Source of the DNA: Planctomycetota bacterium
GTDB lineage: Bacteria > Planctomycetota > UBA11346
Reading direction: 5' to 3'
Length of the DNA: 64,000 bases
Assembly (NCBI GenBank): GCA_038231435.1
Contig: JBBRLJ010000018.1
Span: forward strand, 1-64,000
Position numbers and translations under genes: made by a program. Below are positions 1-8,839 of this stretch, in pieces; within the stretch, counting starts at the first letter, position 1, and every line of letters begins with the position of its first letter. Under the pieces are notes generated by a model. The model was not told the origin of the DNA. It saw nothing but the letters and a program-made list of their open reading frames with translations, and did no database searches.

Positions 1-93
1 AAGGTCATCAAAAGGATGGCCTACGGGTACAGAGATGACGCCTACTTCTTCCTTCGCATAAGGGCAGCCTTTCCCGGAAAAGCGTGAAGAACC
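1..93 (+). mobile_element. ISL3-family insertion sequence, 3' end (transposase C-terminus 1-87 plus right terminal inverted repeat ending at 93)
   Basis: Frame 1 reads KVIKRMAYGYRDDAYFFLRIRAAFPGKA*, the typical ISL3 transposase C-terminus. It is followed by AGAACC (reverse complement GGTTCT, an ISL3-type end) and an AT-rich 8-mer AAACTTTT (94-101), consistent with the target duplication. Confidence 0.85.
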
Positions 94-163
94 AAACTTT
101 TTGGCCCGCAGGGACAAAAAGAAGGACGACAAAGGCCGTGGAGGTTTGGGGGCGCAGCCCCCG
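94..163 (+). repeat. Intergenic repeat module B (AAAGAAGGACGACAAAGGCCGTGG...GGGGGC-x-AGCCCCCG), homologous to 61347-61470
   Basis: Direct sequence match by eye to 61347-61420 and 61422-61470. Confidence 0.85.
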
Positions 164-164
164 A

Positions 165-431
165 CTAAACAGCCCGCTTGTCGGTCTGCATGGCGTTGTA
201 GCCATATCCGGCGAGGCCGAGGCCGACCAGGACTGCGACCCAGGGCAGGACCTTGAGCACGATGTGCACGTCGGACGAACCGGGTGTGCTGGCGATGAGC
301 GCCTGTACCACGGCCCAGATCACGCCCACCACCACCGCGGTGAAACCGTAGATGATCCATTGGCTAGGCTGGGTGCCCCGGCGGCGGCTGGGGGGGGCGT
401 TTTTCTTGGCGCGGCGGACGGTGGCGGTCAT
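165..431 (-). CDS. Small membrane protein (88 aa, two TM segments), hypothetical
   Basis: MTATVRRAKK... basic N-terminus, then two hydrophobic stretches (WIIYGFTAVVVGVIWAVV; VLPWVAVLVGLGLAGY). Start chosen at the ATG at 431. Confidence 0.6.
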   Translation of the reverse strand: MTATVRRAKKNAPPSRRRGTQPSQWIIYGFTAVVVGVIWAVVQALIASTPGSSDVHIVLKVLPWVAVLVGLGLAGYGYNAMQTDKRAV

Positions 432-573
432 GGCGGATCCTCGAGCGGGTGGCGCGGGCGGACGTGCCGCCGCTACTCCTACTCCTTCCCGCCAAGCCCC
501 CAGTCTCGGACAACGAATATCCAGCGCCGAGCACGAATCCGGCGGCCGGCTGACACGGACCTCTGCAAACGAA

Positions 574-600
574 AGACCCCCGGCCTCGCGACCAGGGGTC
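574..600 (-). terminator. Probable terminator hairpin downstream of the acetylesterase gene
   Basis: GACCCC...GGGGTC imperfect stem with a short T-run on the minus strand, 22 bp past the stop codon. Confidence 0.45.
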
Positions 601-622
601 CTCGATCCTTCGAAGCAGGATC

Positions 623-2587
623 CTAGTCCTTGGGCGCATCGCTCCTGAACGGGACGGCCGGCATGCCTTCCTTGCTGTAGAGGTTGCACGCGGGGTTGTC
701 TGCCCAGGCGTAGCGCACCGACACGGGATCCTGGACCGTCGGCGAAGACACCACCACCGTGCCCGCATCGATGACGGCGTCAGCCCATGTGTACTTGCCA
801 TCAGCGCCGGCGATGGCGAAGCCGGTCAAGGCGCCGTCCCTGGCTTCGAGACCGCCGCCAATGTGATCGAAGCTCACGCGGATGGCGTGATCCTTGACCT
901 GCATCGACGCGAAGGTCGGGCTGGAGCCCTCGACCTTGGCATCGCCGTAGGCGATGCGCTGCGCCGCCAGGCCGAGCCTGCGACCGACCTCCTGCTTGTT
1001 CTTCGGGTGGATGTCCTTGGCGTCACCGATGTCGATGATCACCGCCATGCCGGTGTTGGGCAACGTGCTCGCGGTGTGTGCCTGCGCTTCGCGCAATTCG
1101 GCCCATGCCGATTCGCCCGGCTCGGGCTTGCGATCCATGAAGTTGGCGAGTTGAACGATCAGGAAAGGAAAGTCGCCGCGGCCGAAGCGCGCGCGCCAGT
1201 CTGTGATCATGGTCGGCAGCAAGGTGCGGTACTGCTTGGCCTGCCCGGCGTTGGATTCGCCCTGGTACCAGATCGCGCCCTTGATCGCGAACGGAAGCAG
1301 CGGCGCGATCATGCCGTTGTACAGCACCGTCACCGCGTTCTGGTTGCTGTCGAAGCGCTGCGGTACCGGCGTCAGCTTCGCTAGCGGCTGGCCCTCTTGG
1401 TACAGCCACTCTCCCGCCAGCGGCTGCGATGCCCCAGCCTTGCCCAGGGTCAGCTTCATCTGCTCGGGCGCGCCGTAGATGCCGCCCCCGCCGCCGGTGT
1501 CCAACACCCGCACCGCGATGACGTTCACCCCGGACTTCACCGCTGCTCCGGGCACCGTGTACGAGCGCGGCGCGTTCCAGATGTCCAAGCCGCCGAGCAG
1601 CGTGCCGTTGAACCAGGTGGTGTCGCGGTCATCGATCGGACCGAGATCGAGTTGCAGATCCTTGCCGGCCCAGTCGGCCGGAACCTCGACCTGCTTGCGG
1701 AACCACACCACGCCGTCGAAGTTCGGCAGGCCCTTGTTCTCCCACGCACCGGGAAGATCCATCTTCTTCCACGCGGTAGCGTCGAACGCGGCGAGCTCCC
1801 AGCCGGCGCCGGGCTTGGAGCCGGGATCGTTCGCTTCCCACCACGACCGCATCAGTTTGTCGGCATCGGTGACCGTGGAGGTCTTCAACGATTCGGCGAG
1901 CGCGGCGAGCGGATCCTTGAAGTCGGGCATCGCGCCGAGCGCCTCGCGGCTGGTCCAGGCCTGGGCGACGGTGCCGCCCCACGAGCTGTGGATCAGGCCG
2001 ATCGGGACGCCGATCGCAGCGTGCACGTGGCGTCCGAAGAAATAGCCGACCGCGGAGAAGCCGCCCCAACCGTTGGCGGCGACGCTCGCGGGCGAGCATG
2101 GCTGCCACGACCCGACGACGGTCTCCACCGGCGTGGTGGCGATGCGCTTGGTGACCGTGAACAGGCGGATCTTCGGAAATTCCGCGGCGGCGATCTCCTT
2201 CTCTGCGTCCTTGGCGACGCCAATACCCATCTCCATGTTCGATTGGCCCGAGCACAGCCACACATCGCCCATCAGCACGTCGGCGACCTTCTCGGTCTGC
2301 GCGCCGGAGGTGACGGTCAGCTCGAAGGGGCCACCAGCAGGGAATGGACCTGTCGTCGCCGACCACTTGCCCTGGGCGTCGGCGACGGCGTCGGCCTTGC
2401 TGCCGGCGATCTCGATGGAGACCTTAGCGCCTGGAGTCGTCCAACCCCAGACCGGCACCTTGGCGTCGCGCTGCAGCACCATGTGGTCGGTGAACAGCGG
2501 GTGCAGGAAGGGCTTCGGCTCCTCGGCGCCGCGGATGGCGGCGCTGGCGGTGAGCAGGAGTGCGATGATCGCATGGCGAACGGGCAT
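623..2587 (-). CDS. Sialate O-acetylesterase (SASA/SGNH family) with inserted galactose-binding-like domain, secreted
   Basis: Signal peptide; motifs HMVLQR, GDVWLCSGQSNM, WGGT, LYNGMIAPL, IWYQGESN, DIHPKNK, VRYAWADNP. Confidence 0.92.
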   Translation of the reverse strand: MPVRHAIIALLLTASAAIRGAEEPKPFLHPLFTDHMVLQRDAKVPVWGWTTPGAKVSIEIAGSKADAVADAQGKWSATTGPFPAGGPFELTVTSGAQTEKVADVLMGDVWLCSGQSNMEMGIGVAKDAEKEIAAAEFPKIRLFTVTKRIATTPVETVVGSWQPCSPASVAANGWGGFSAVGYFFGRHVHAAIGVPIGLIHSSWGGTVAQAWTSREALGAMPDFKDPLAALAESLKTSTVTDADKLMRSWWEANDPGSKPGAGWELAAFDATAWKKMDLPGAWENKGLPNFDGVVWFRKQVEVPADWAGKDLQLDLGPIDDRDTTWFNGTLLGGLDIWNAPRSYTVPGAAVKSGVNVIAVRVLDTGGGGGIYGAPEQMKLTLGKAGASQPLAGEWLYQEGQPLAKLTPVPQRFDSNQNAVTVLYNGMIAPLLPFAIKGAIWYQGESNAGQAKQYRTLLPTMITDWRARFGRGDFPFLIVQLANFMDRKPEPGESAWAELREAQAHTASTLPNTGMAVIIDIGDAKDIHPKNKQEVGRRLGLAAQRIAYGDAKVEGSSPTFASMQVKDHAIRVSFDHIGGGLEARDGALTGFAIAGADGKYTWADAVIDAGTVVVSSPTVQDPVSVRYAWADNPACNLYSKEGMPAVPFRSDAPKD

Positions 2588-2705
2588 GGTATGGGGTCCT
2601 CGGACTCGGAGCGTGTCGCTCCGCGCGTGGCGGCAAGCAGACTGTAAACCCTTCCGCCAAGGACTTGTGACCTCTCCGGGTGCTCGACAGCCCCGCCCAC
2701 GCGGC

Positions 2706-3833
2706 TCAGGCCAGCCCGGCTACCCGCGCCGCAACCGGGGCCAGGGCCGGCAGGTCGTTCTCCGGGCGATCGAGGTAGACATAGGCGCAGCTCGACCAGT
2801 CGTCCTGGCGCTCGAACAGCCCGTAGTCGCCCAAGCCACCCTGCGCCGAGAAGTCCAGCGGCGGCATGCCCGTGGCGGCCTTCGGGATGGGCTTGCCGGC
2901 GTAGTGGAAGAGCGGCTTGGCCTTCGGATCCCAGCAACCGATCTGCTGCATGGCCACGCGGATGTCCCGGTGGAACCACACCGGATCAGGCACATGGTAG
3001 CGATAGAAGCAGAAGTGCATCTTCGCGTGGTCGGCGAGGTGGCATCCCTGGTAGAGGTGATCGTACTGGCCCTGGCCCCATGCGGTGCCGATGTAGTCCT
3101 CGGTGCCGGTGCCGCACAGCGTCGGCAGATCGGTGTCGCCATCGATCCAGATCTTGCATTCGCCCTCGCCCCACCAGCTCTCGAAGGAGAGCTTCTTGTC
3201 GGCGATCACGCCGACGTTCACTCCGAGGAAGCGACCTCGGCCGCGCACTTTCGGCAAGAACTCGAAATCCTTCTGGAACGTGGTCGGGGATTCGCGACGC
3301 CAGTGCGCGTGCAGATAGAGCGCGTCGGGGCCGTGGACGTCGCCGATGGTGTAGTCGACGTCGTAGTAGAGGCTGCCCTCGTCGACCGAGCCCTCGTTGG
3401 TCAGCACCGCCTTCATGCCCCTGCGGAAGGGCATCGGCAGGCAGCAATTGAAGCTGCGGGCTTCGGGATTGGAGAAGAACGCGCTCTGGAACTTCACCAT
3501 CTGCCCGAGTCCGGTGCCGAAGAAATCTCCCAGCGGCGCGCTCACCGCCGGCTTGGCGGCACCGTCCCAGTAGATGTCGATGCGCAGGCTGCGCAGCATC
3601 GCCGGATCGCGCTTGCTGATGGTGATCCAGATGCGGCGCAGCATGCCCGAAGTACCGGCGGCCTCGGCCAGCACGCGGCTCTCGCCAGCCTTCAGCGGGA
3701 CGTTTGATTGGCCCTTGCGGCCACCGTTGGTGGCGCCGCCGGCCCCCTTCTCTCCACGCGCATTCTCGGGCGAGGCCCAGCGCGTCTGCACGCCCGCCGG
3801 TATGGTGTAGAGCTCTTTGGGATCGAGTGGCAT
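2706..3833 (-). CDS. DUF2961 / glycoside hydrolase family 172 protein
   Basis: Motifs SPENARGEKG, LRIDIYWDG, APLGDFFG, PMPFRRG, WWGEGECKIWIDGD, GTGTEDYIG, YRYHVPDPVWF. Confidence 0.88.
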   Translation of the reverse strand: MPLDPKELYTIPAGVQTRWASPENARGEKGAGGATNGGRKGQSNVPLKAGESRVLAEAAGTSGMLRRIWITISKRDPAMLRSLRIDIYWDGAAKPAVSAPLGDFFGTGLGQMVKFQSAFFSNPEARSFNCCLPMPFRRGMKAVLTNEGSVDEGSLYYDVDYTIGDVHGPDALYLHAHWRRESPTTFQKDFEFLPKVRGRGRFLGVNVGVIADKKLSFESWWGEGECKIWIDGDTDLPTLCGTGTEDYIGTAWGQGQYDHLYQGCHLADHAKMHFCFYRYHVPDPVWFHRDIRVAMQQIGCWDPKAKPLFHYAGKPIPKAATGMPPLDFSAQGGLGDYGLFERQDDWSSCAYVYLDRPENDLPALAPVAARVAGLA

Positions 3834-4003
3834 GGGATCGGGCCTCCGCGCGGATCCTATCGGGTGGGTCCTCGGCGGAAGGTACCACCTTAGGCACCTT
3901 TGGTGCTTTCTTAGGGTGGAACACCTGCGGCTCCTTCGACAGGCTCATCCGCACGACACATCCTCACGACAGCTCCGCCGGGCCTGGTCGCCGCGCGACA
4001 GGC

Positions 4004-4363
4004 TCAGCCGCGTGGGCGGCAGCCGCGCGCGATTGCCGCCCACGCGCCGATGCCGACAGCGGCGCCGACGGCATCGGCGCAGGCATCGAGGACGTCGCCC
4101 GAGCGTCCCATGCCCATCAACTTTTGCAGGATCTCGGTGAGCGCGGCCAGCGCGCACGCGCACACGAATAGGCGCCCGGCAGGGACTCCAGCCCAGCGCC
4201 ACAGCAGGCACAAGGTGGCGAACAAGACAGCATGCTCGACCTTGTCCTGGTTAGGGAAGAGCGGCTGCGGAACGTAGTGGCCGGGCATCAGCAATGCGCC
4301 GAGAGCCCCCGCCGTCACCACTCCAGCGAGCAACCCGACCGCCGGCCTGGTGATCCATGTCAT
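4004..4363 (-). CDS. VanZ-family membrane protein
   Basis: DKVEHAVLF, TEILQ and RSGDVLDACAD motifs, with hydrophobic segments. Confidence 0.75.
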   Translation of the reverse strand: MTWITRPAVGLLAGVVTAGALGALLMPGHYVPQPLFPNQDKVEHAVLFATLCLLWRWAGVPAGRLFVCACALAALTEILQKLMGMGRSGDVLDACADAVGAAVGIGAWAAIARGCRPRG

Positions 4364-4485
4364 TGCACGCATCGTCGCGGATCGCCCCCCGCCCTCAAGC
4401 CAGGAACGAGGTTCCCTGCCATGGACTCGGCCGTCCCCTGGGAGCGCGCTTGTCGGATCCCACCCTCCGTACACCCTCGGGCCGC

Positions 4486-6510
4486 ATGGATCAGGTTGCA
4501 GACGTCGACGGCGGGATGAGATGGAGCAGCGCCCTGGCGGCGTTGCTGCGCGATCTGGCGCTGTTCACGCTGATGTGCCTGGTGCTGCAGATCGCCCGAC
4601 TGGTGTTGATCGTGGTCTTCCACCACCATCTGGGCGAACACGGCACCGTCGGCGCCATGCTCTCGGCGATGCTCTGCGGTCTGCGCTTCGATGCGCGCAT
4701 CGCGGTGATCGCCACCTCCCCGAGCCTGCTCGCGAGCCTGGTCGCCGGCTTCACGCCGCTCGGTCGCTGGACTACGACGCTGCGCTGGATGCTCGGGGCC
4801 GGCTTCGTTGCGATCACCACCCTGCTGCTGGCCATCGACCTGGGCTTCTTCGCGGAGTACGACGACCAGTTCAACAACATGGTGCTCGGCGTGGTCTACG
4901 ACGACCTGGGCGCGGTGCTGAAGACCATCTGGGCGGAGCATCACGTGGTGCTCATCGCCCTGGCGTACGTGGCGTGGTGCGCGGCCGCGGGGTGGGCGAC
5001 GCGGCGCCTGCTCACCGCCGGCTTCTTCGCCTCGCCCGCGCGCATCGCGGCGATGCCGACCTGGGCCAAGACTACCATGAGCGTGGCACTGATCGCGCTG
5101 GTGGTGTTCTCGGCGCGCGGCTCGGTATGGCGACGGCCAGTGCAGCGCAAGGACATCGCGGTGACGGCAGACCCGTTCTTGAACAAGTTGGTGGTCAATC
5201 CCTACAAGGCTCTGCAGTACGCGATCGAGGACCACCTCGCGCTGATGCGCGCGGCCGGCATCGGCGCCTGGCTGCCCGACGCCGACGCGCGCGCCGCCGC
5301 GAAGCGCTATTTCGCCACCGACCAGGATTTTGACGATCTCGACCGCTATTGCCTGCGCACCGCGCCGGGAGCAGCGGCGCCGCCGCCCCGGCACATCTTC
5401 CTGGTGGTGATGGAGAGCTATTCGGCGTGGCCGATGCTGCCAGCGTACCGCAGCCTCGCCCTGAGCGGCTCGCTGTCGGACCTCGCCGCGCGCGGCACCT
5501 CCTCCCTGCGCTTCATCTCGGCCGGCAATGGGACCATGGCGTCGCTCGGCACGATCATCTCCGGCCTGCAGGAATGTGGGGTGATGACCAACTACCAGCC
5601 ATCCAGCCGCGTCGCCTATCCGACCTCGCTGCCGGCGATCTTCCACCGCCTCGGCTACCGCACGCGTTTCTTCTACGCGGGCTTCCCGAGTTGGCAGCGC
5701 ATCGGTCCGTTCGCCCGCGATCAGGGCTTCGACGAGGTCTATGGCGGCGGCGACATGGGCGCCAATTGGCTCGCTGGCAAGGAGTGGGGCGTCGATGACG
5801 ATCGGCTGCTCGACTTCACGGCGAAAACCGCAACCGCGGCCAAGGGCCCGGATGCGGATCTCCCCAGCCTGAACGTCATCATGACGGTCAGCAACCATCC
5901 TCCGTACGGACTCGACGTCGACGCGCTCGGATTCCCGCTACGCGCGGTTCCCGCCGATCTCACCTCGCGCTGGGATGGCAGCAGCAGCCTGCGTATCCTC
6001 GGACACTTCTGGTACGCCGATCATTGCCTGGGCGAATTCGTGAAGCAGGTCGAGGCCATCGATCCCGGCGCGCTGTTCGCCATCACTGGCGACCACTACG
6101 GGCGACGCTTCGTCGACGCCAATCCGACCATGTACGAGCGGCTCGCCGTGCCATTCGTCTTGTACGGACCGGCGGCGCTCGCGGGGCGGTCGCTGCCGGC
6201 CGGATGTGTGGGCGGCCACCTGGACATGATCCCGACGCTGGTCGATCTCGCCGCTCCGGCGGGCTTCGCCTACCACGCCCTCGGCCGCGACCTGTTCATG
6301 GGCGGCGAGCAGATCGGGCTCGGACGATGTGCCGCATTCACCGCGGATGGCGTGGTGGAATGGCTGGGCGCGAGCGCGTGTGAAGAAGGCATGACTCCCG
6401 AGCTGGGGGCGCGGCTGGATGCCCGCTACCGCGACCTGTGCGGCATCTCGTGGTGGCGGATCATGCGCGGTGCGGCTCTACCCGCTTCCACGCCAGCGCA
6501 CACGCCCTGA
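4486..6510 (+). CDS. LTA synthase / phosphoglycerol transferase (alkaline phosphatase/sulfatase superfamily) membrane protein
   Basis: About five N-terminal TM helices; HIFLVVMES, Thr nucleophile in GTMASL, TVSNHPPY, YADHCLG, ITGDHY, HLDMIPTL. Start uncertain (4486 or 4516). Confidence 0.88.
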   Translation: MDQVADVDGGMRWSSALAALLRDLALFTLMCLVLQIARLVLIVVFHHHLGEHGTVGAMLSAMLCGLRFDARIAVIATSPSLLASLVAGFTPLGRWTTTLRWMLGAGFVAITTLLLAIDLGFFAEYDDQFNNMVLGVVYDDLGAVLKTIWAEHHVVLIALAYVAWCAAAGWATRRLLTAGFFASPARIAAMPTWAKTTMSVALIALVVFSARGSVWRRPVQRKDIAVTADPFLNKLVVNPYKALQYAIEDHLALMRAAGIGAWLPDADARAAAKRYFATDQDFDDLDRYCLRTAPGAAAPPPRHIFLVVMESYSAWPMLPAYRSLALSGSLSDLAARGTSSLRFISAGNGTMASLGTIISGLQECGVMTNYQPSSRVAYPTSLPAIFHRLGYRTRFFYAGFPSWQRIGPFARDQGFDEVYGGGDMGANWLAGKEWGVDDDRLLDFTAKTATAAKGPDADLPSLNVIMTVSNHPPYGLDVDALGFPLRAVPADLTSRWDGSSSLRILGHFWYADHCLGEFVKQVEAIDPGALFAITGDHYGRRFVDANPTMYERLAVPFVLYGPAALAGRSLPAGCVGGHLDMIPTLVDLAAPAGFAYHALGRDLFMGGEQIGLGRCAAFTADGVVEWLGASACEEGMTPELGARLDARYRDLCGISWWRIMRGAALPASTPAHTP

Positions 6511-6668
6511 CCAGCACCGATCCGGGCAGCGCCGACGCCTGTCGCCCGATCGTGTCTAACCTGCCTTCTACAAGTGCGAAATCCCAAACCTGGAGGGATA
6601 TCATCCCGGTACTTCCGGCACTCATTGGTTAGCCCACGCTGGGCCGCGCAGGAAGTTGGAGAGTCGCC

Positions 6669-6938
6669 ATGGATAGGGTCGCGCTTCGCTACAGCGAGTG
6701 GGAACGGGTACTGCGGAACTTCATTTCCAAGGCGGAGGACCAGCGTGCCCTCGGCGCGGTGGAGGTGGCCAAGAGTCTGCTCCTCTATGGCATGAAACTC
6801 TACGACGACCTGCTCTCGAGCGCTTTGTCCGAGAAGGACCGTCTGTCGTTCGTCAACGAGATGCGCCGACGCACTGGGGTCGTGCTCCAGCATTGCATGA
6901 AGCAGTCGGCCCTCGGCGACGCTACTCCCGAGATGTGA
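6669..6938 (+). CDS. Hypothetical helical protein (89 aa)
   Basis: GGAGAG RBS upstream, protein-like composition, fills the intergenic gap. Confidence 0.6.
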   Translation: MDRVALRYSEWERVLRNFISKAEDQRALGAVEVAKSLLLYGMKLYDDLLSSALSEKDRLSFVNEMRRRTGVVLQHCMKQSALGDATPEM

Positions 6939-7142
6939 GAGGACGATGCGCGGACGGCCTGCGGAATGCAGGCGGCGGAACCATCGAGCGCATCCATCCG
7001 CATCCTTTCAGGACGGGTCAACGCCAGGGAAGTGCCGCAGCAGGGACGCTGGAGCCAGTGCAGCTTGGCATGACCAGCGCTTTCGGTCGGCACACCATCC
7101 GCAGGTACTCCGCAATCCACCCGCACACCATCGAGAACACTC

Positions 7143-7667
7143 ATGTCGCGTCTGCTGCTCTCCGGAAGCATCCCCGAAATCCTCGTCGTCGACGACAACC
7201 CGTCCGACCTGCAGCTGCTCGGCGAGGCGTTCTCCGAGAGCGGCGTCCCCCTCCATCTGCACCACGCCAACGATGGCGAGCAGGCTTTCGCGCGCCTGGC
7301 GAAGGAAGGCAGATACGCGGGCACGCCGGACGTCGAGCTGATCATCCTCGATCTGAACATGCCGAAGCTCGATGGTCGGGCGGTACTGGCCAAGCTCATG
7401 GACGACCAACGATGGCGAGCGATCCCCATCGTGGTCCTGACCTCGTCGAGCCGGACGACCGACATCGCATACTGCTCGCAGATGGGTGCGCTGTCGTACT
7501 TCGTGAAACCGTCGAACTGGGACGAGTACTTGGCGATGGCGCGCACCCTCAAGGGGATGTTCACGCCTGGATCATCGCCATCGGCCAACCGCAGCGCGGC
7601 GGCCCAGCCCGCCCCATCGCCGAGCGCGGCGAGCGCCCAGCAGCCCGCACGTCCAATCCGTTCGTGA
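7143..7667 (+). CDS. Single-domain response regulator (Rcp1/CheY-like)
   Basis: ILVVDDNPSD, LIILDLNMPKLDG, IPIVVLTSS, YFVKP. Confidence 0.92.
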   Translation: MSRLLLSGSIPEILVVDDNPSDLQLLGEAFSESGVPLHLHHANDGEQAFARLAKEGRYAGTPDVELIILDLNMPKLDGRAVLAKLMDDQRWRAIPIVVLTSSSRTTDIAYCSQMGALSYFVKPSNWDEYLAMARTLKGMFTPGSSPSANRSAAAQPAPSPSAASAQQPARPIRS

Positions 7668-7686
7668 CCGCGCCGCATCCGTCGCG

Positions 7687-8700
7687 TCAGCCCTTCAGCT
7701 GATCGATCGTGCACTGGTCTGGCCGCTTGTCCGCTCGCCAACGCAGCAGGCGGGCGCCATGGCGGAAGCGCTCCTCGCCCACATGGTCGTACGAGACCTC
7801 CACCACCAGTTCGGGCCGCAACGGCTGCCACTGGCTCGAGCGCTCGGTGCTCCACCGGCTCGGGCCTCCTGGCGCGCGCCCGGTGAAGCCGGGGGCGAGC
7901 ACCAGGCGTTCGAGCCGTCGCGTCAACGCTGGACGCTCCAACGTGGGGATGTTGGCGATGAAGCCGACGTGGTGGAGCAGCCCGGCCCGGTCGTACATCC
8001 CCAGGAGCATCGAGCCGACCTCGGGACGGCTCGATGCGCTCGACGATGCGCTCCTCGAAGAGTAGCGGAATCCGCCGACCACGCAGTCGGCAGTGCGCAG
8101 GCGCTTGATCTTCACCATCCCGGTCCGTTCGCCCGAGCGGTAGTCCATGTCGAGGCGCTTCGCCACCACGCCGTCCAGCCCAGCCACCGATCCAGAGAGC
8201 CAGCGCCGCGCATCGGCCAGGCGCGCGCTGCTCAGCGACAACCGCGCCCCATCCGCGAAATGCCTGGAGAAGGCGACCAAGGCGCGATGGCGTTCGGCGA
8301 GCGGCTTCGCGAGCATGACGCGGCGCGCGTCGGCGAGCAGGTCGAAGACCACATACACCGCGGGCGTGGCGAGGGCGAGTTTCCGCACCCGGCTCTCTGC
8401 CGGATGCAGGCGTAGCTGCAGGGTCTCGAACGAGATGCCCTCCCTCTGTGGGATGATCAGCTCGCCATCGAGCACGAACCTGCCCGAACGCATCGCGCGC
8501 ACCGTTTCGACCACCTCCGGAAAATAACGCTGCAGCGGCTGCCCGGATTTCGACTGCAGATGCACACTGTCCCCGTCGCGGAAGGCGAGGCAGCGGAAGC
8601 CATCCCATTTCGGTTCGTACAGCCATCCGGGACCAGCCGGGATGTCGGCCACCGAGAGCGCATCCATCGGCGCCAGTGGCGGTTCGATCGCGAACGTCAT
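7687..8700 (-). CDS. ligC: ATP-dependent DNA ligase, LigC type
   Basis: Adenylation motif YEPKWDGFR; LDGEL, VFDLL, LDGVVAKRLD, KIKRLRTADCVVGG, FRHG..RWRADKRP. Compact 337 aa. Confidence 0.88.
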   Translation of the reverse strand: MTFAIEPPLAPMDALSVADIPAGPGWLYEPKWDGFRCLAFRDGDSVHLQSKSGQPLQRYFPEVVETVRAMRSGRFVLDGELIIPQREGISFETLQLRLHPAESRVRKLALATPAVYVVFDLLADARRVMLAKPLAERHRALVAFSRHFADGARLSLSSARLADARRWLSGSVAGLDGVVAKRLDMDYRSGERTGMVKIKRLRTADCVVGGFRYSSRSASSSASSRPEVGSMLLGMYDRAGLLHHVGFIANIPTLERPALTRRLERLVLAPGFTGRAPGGPSRWSTERSSQWQPLRPELVVEVSYDHVGEERFRHGARLLRWRADKRPDQCTIDQLKG

Positions 8701-8839
8701 GTCCCGAGTGTGTGCGGTCAGGCTCGGCGCCGCCATCAGCCACGGGCGCGCGTTGCACGCCATCAAGGTTCTACGCCTTCCGAGCGCCCCTGCCCTGGCC
8801 ATGGCCTGGGTGTCGTCGGTCATATAGTGCACCCACGGC

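Noticed and set aside
6800..8758. 652-aa minus-strand ORF overlapping ligC and the response regulator
   Set aside because: Alternative-frame shadow; the ligase and REC motifs lie in other frames.
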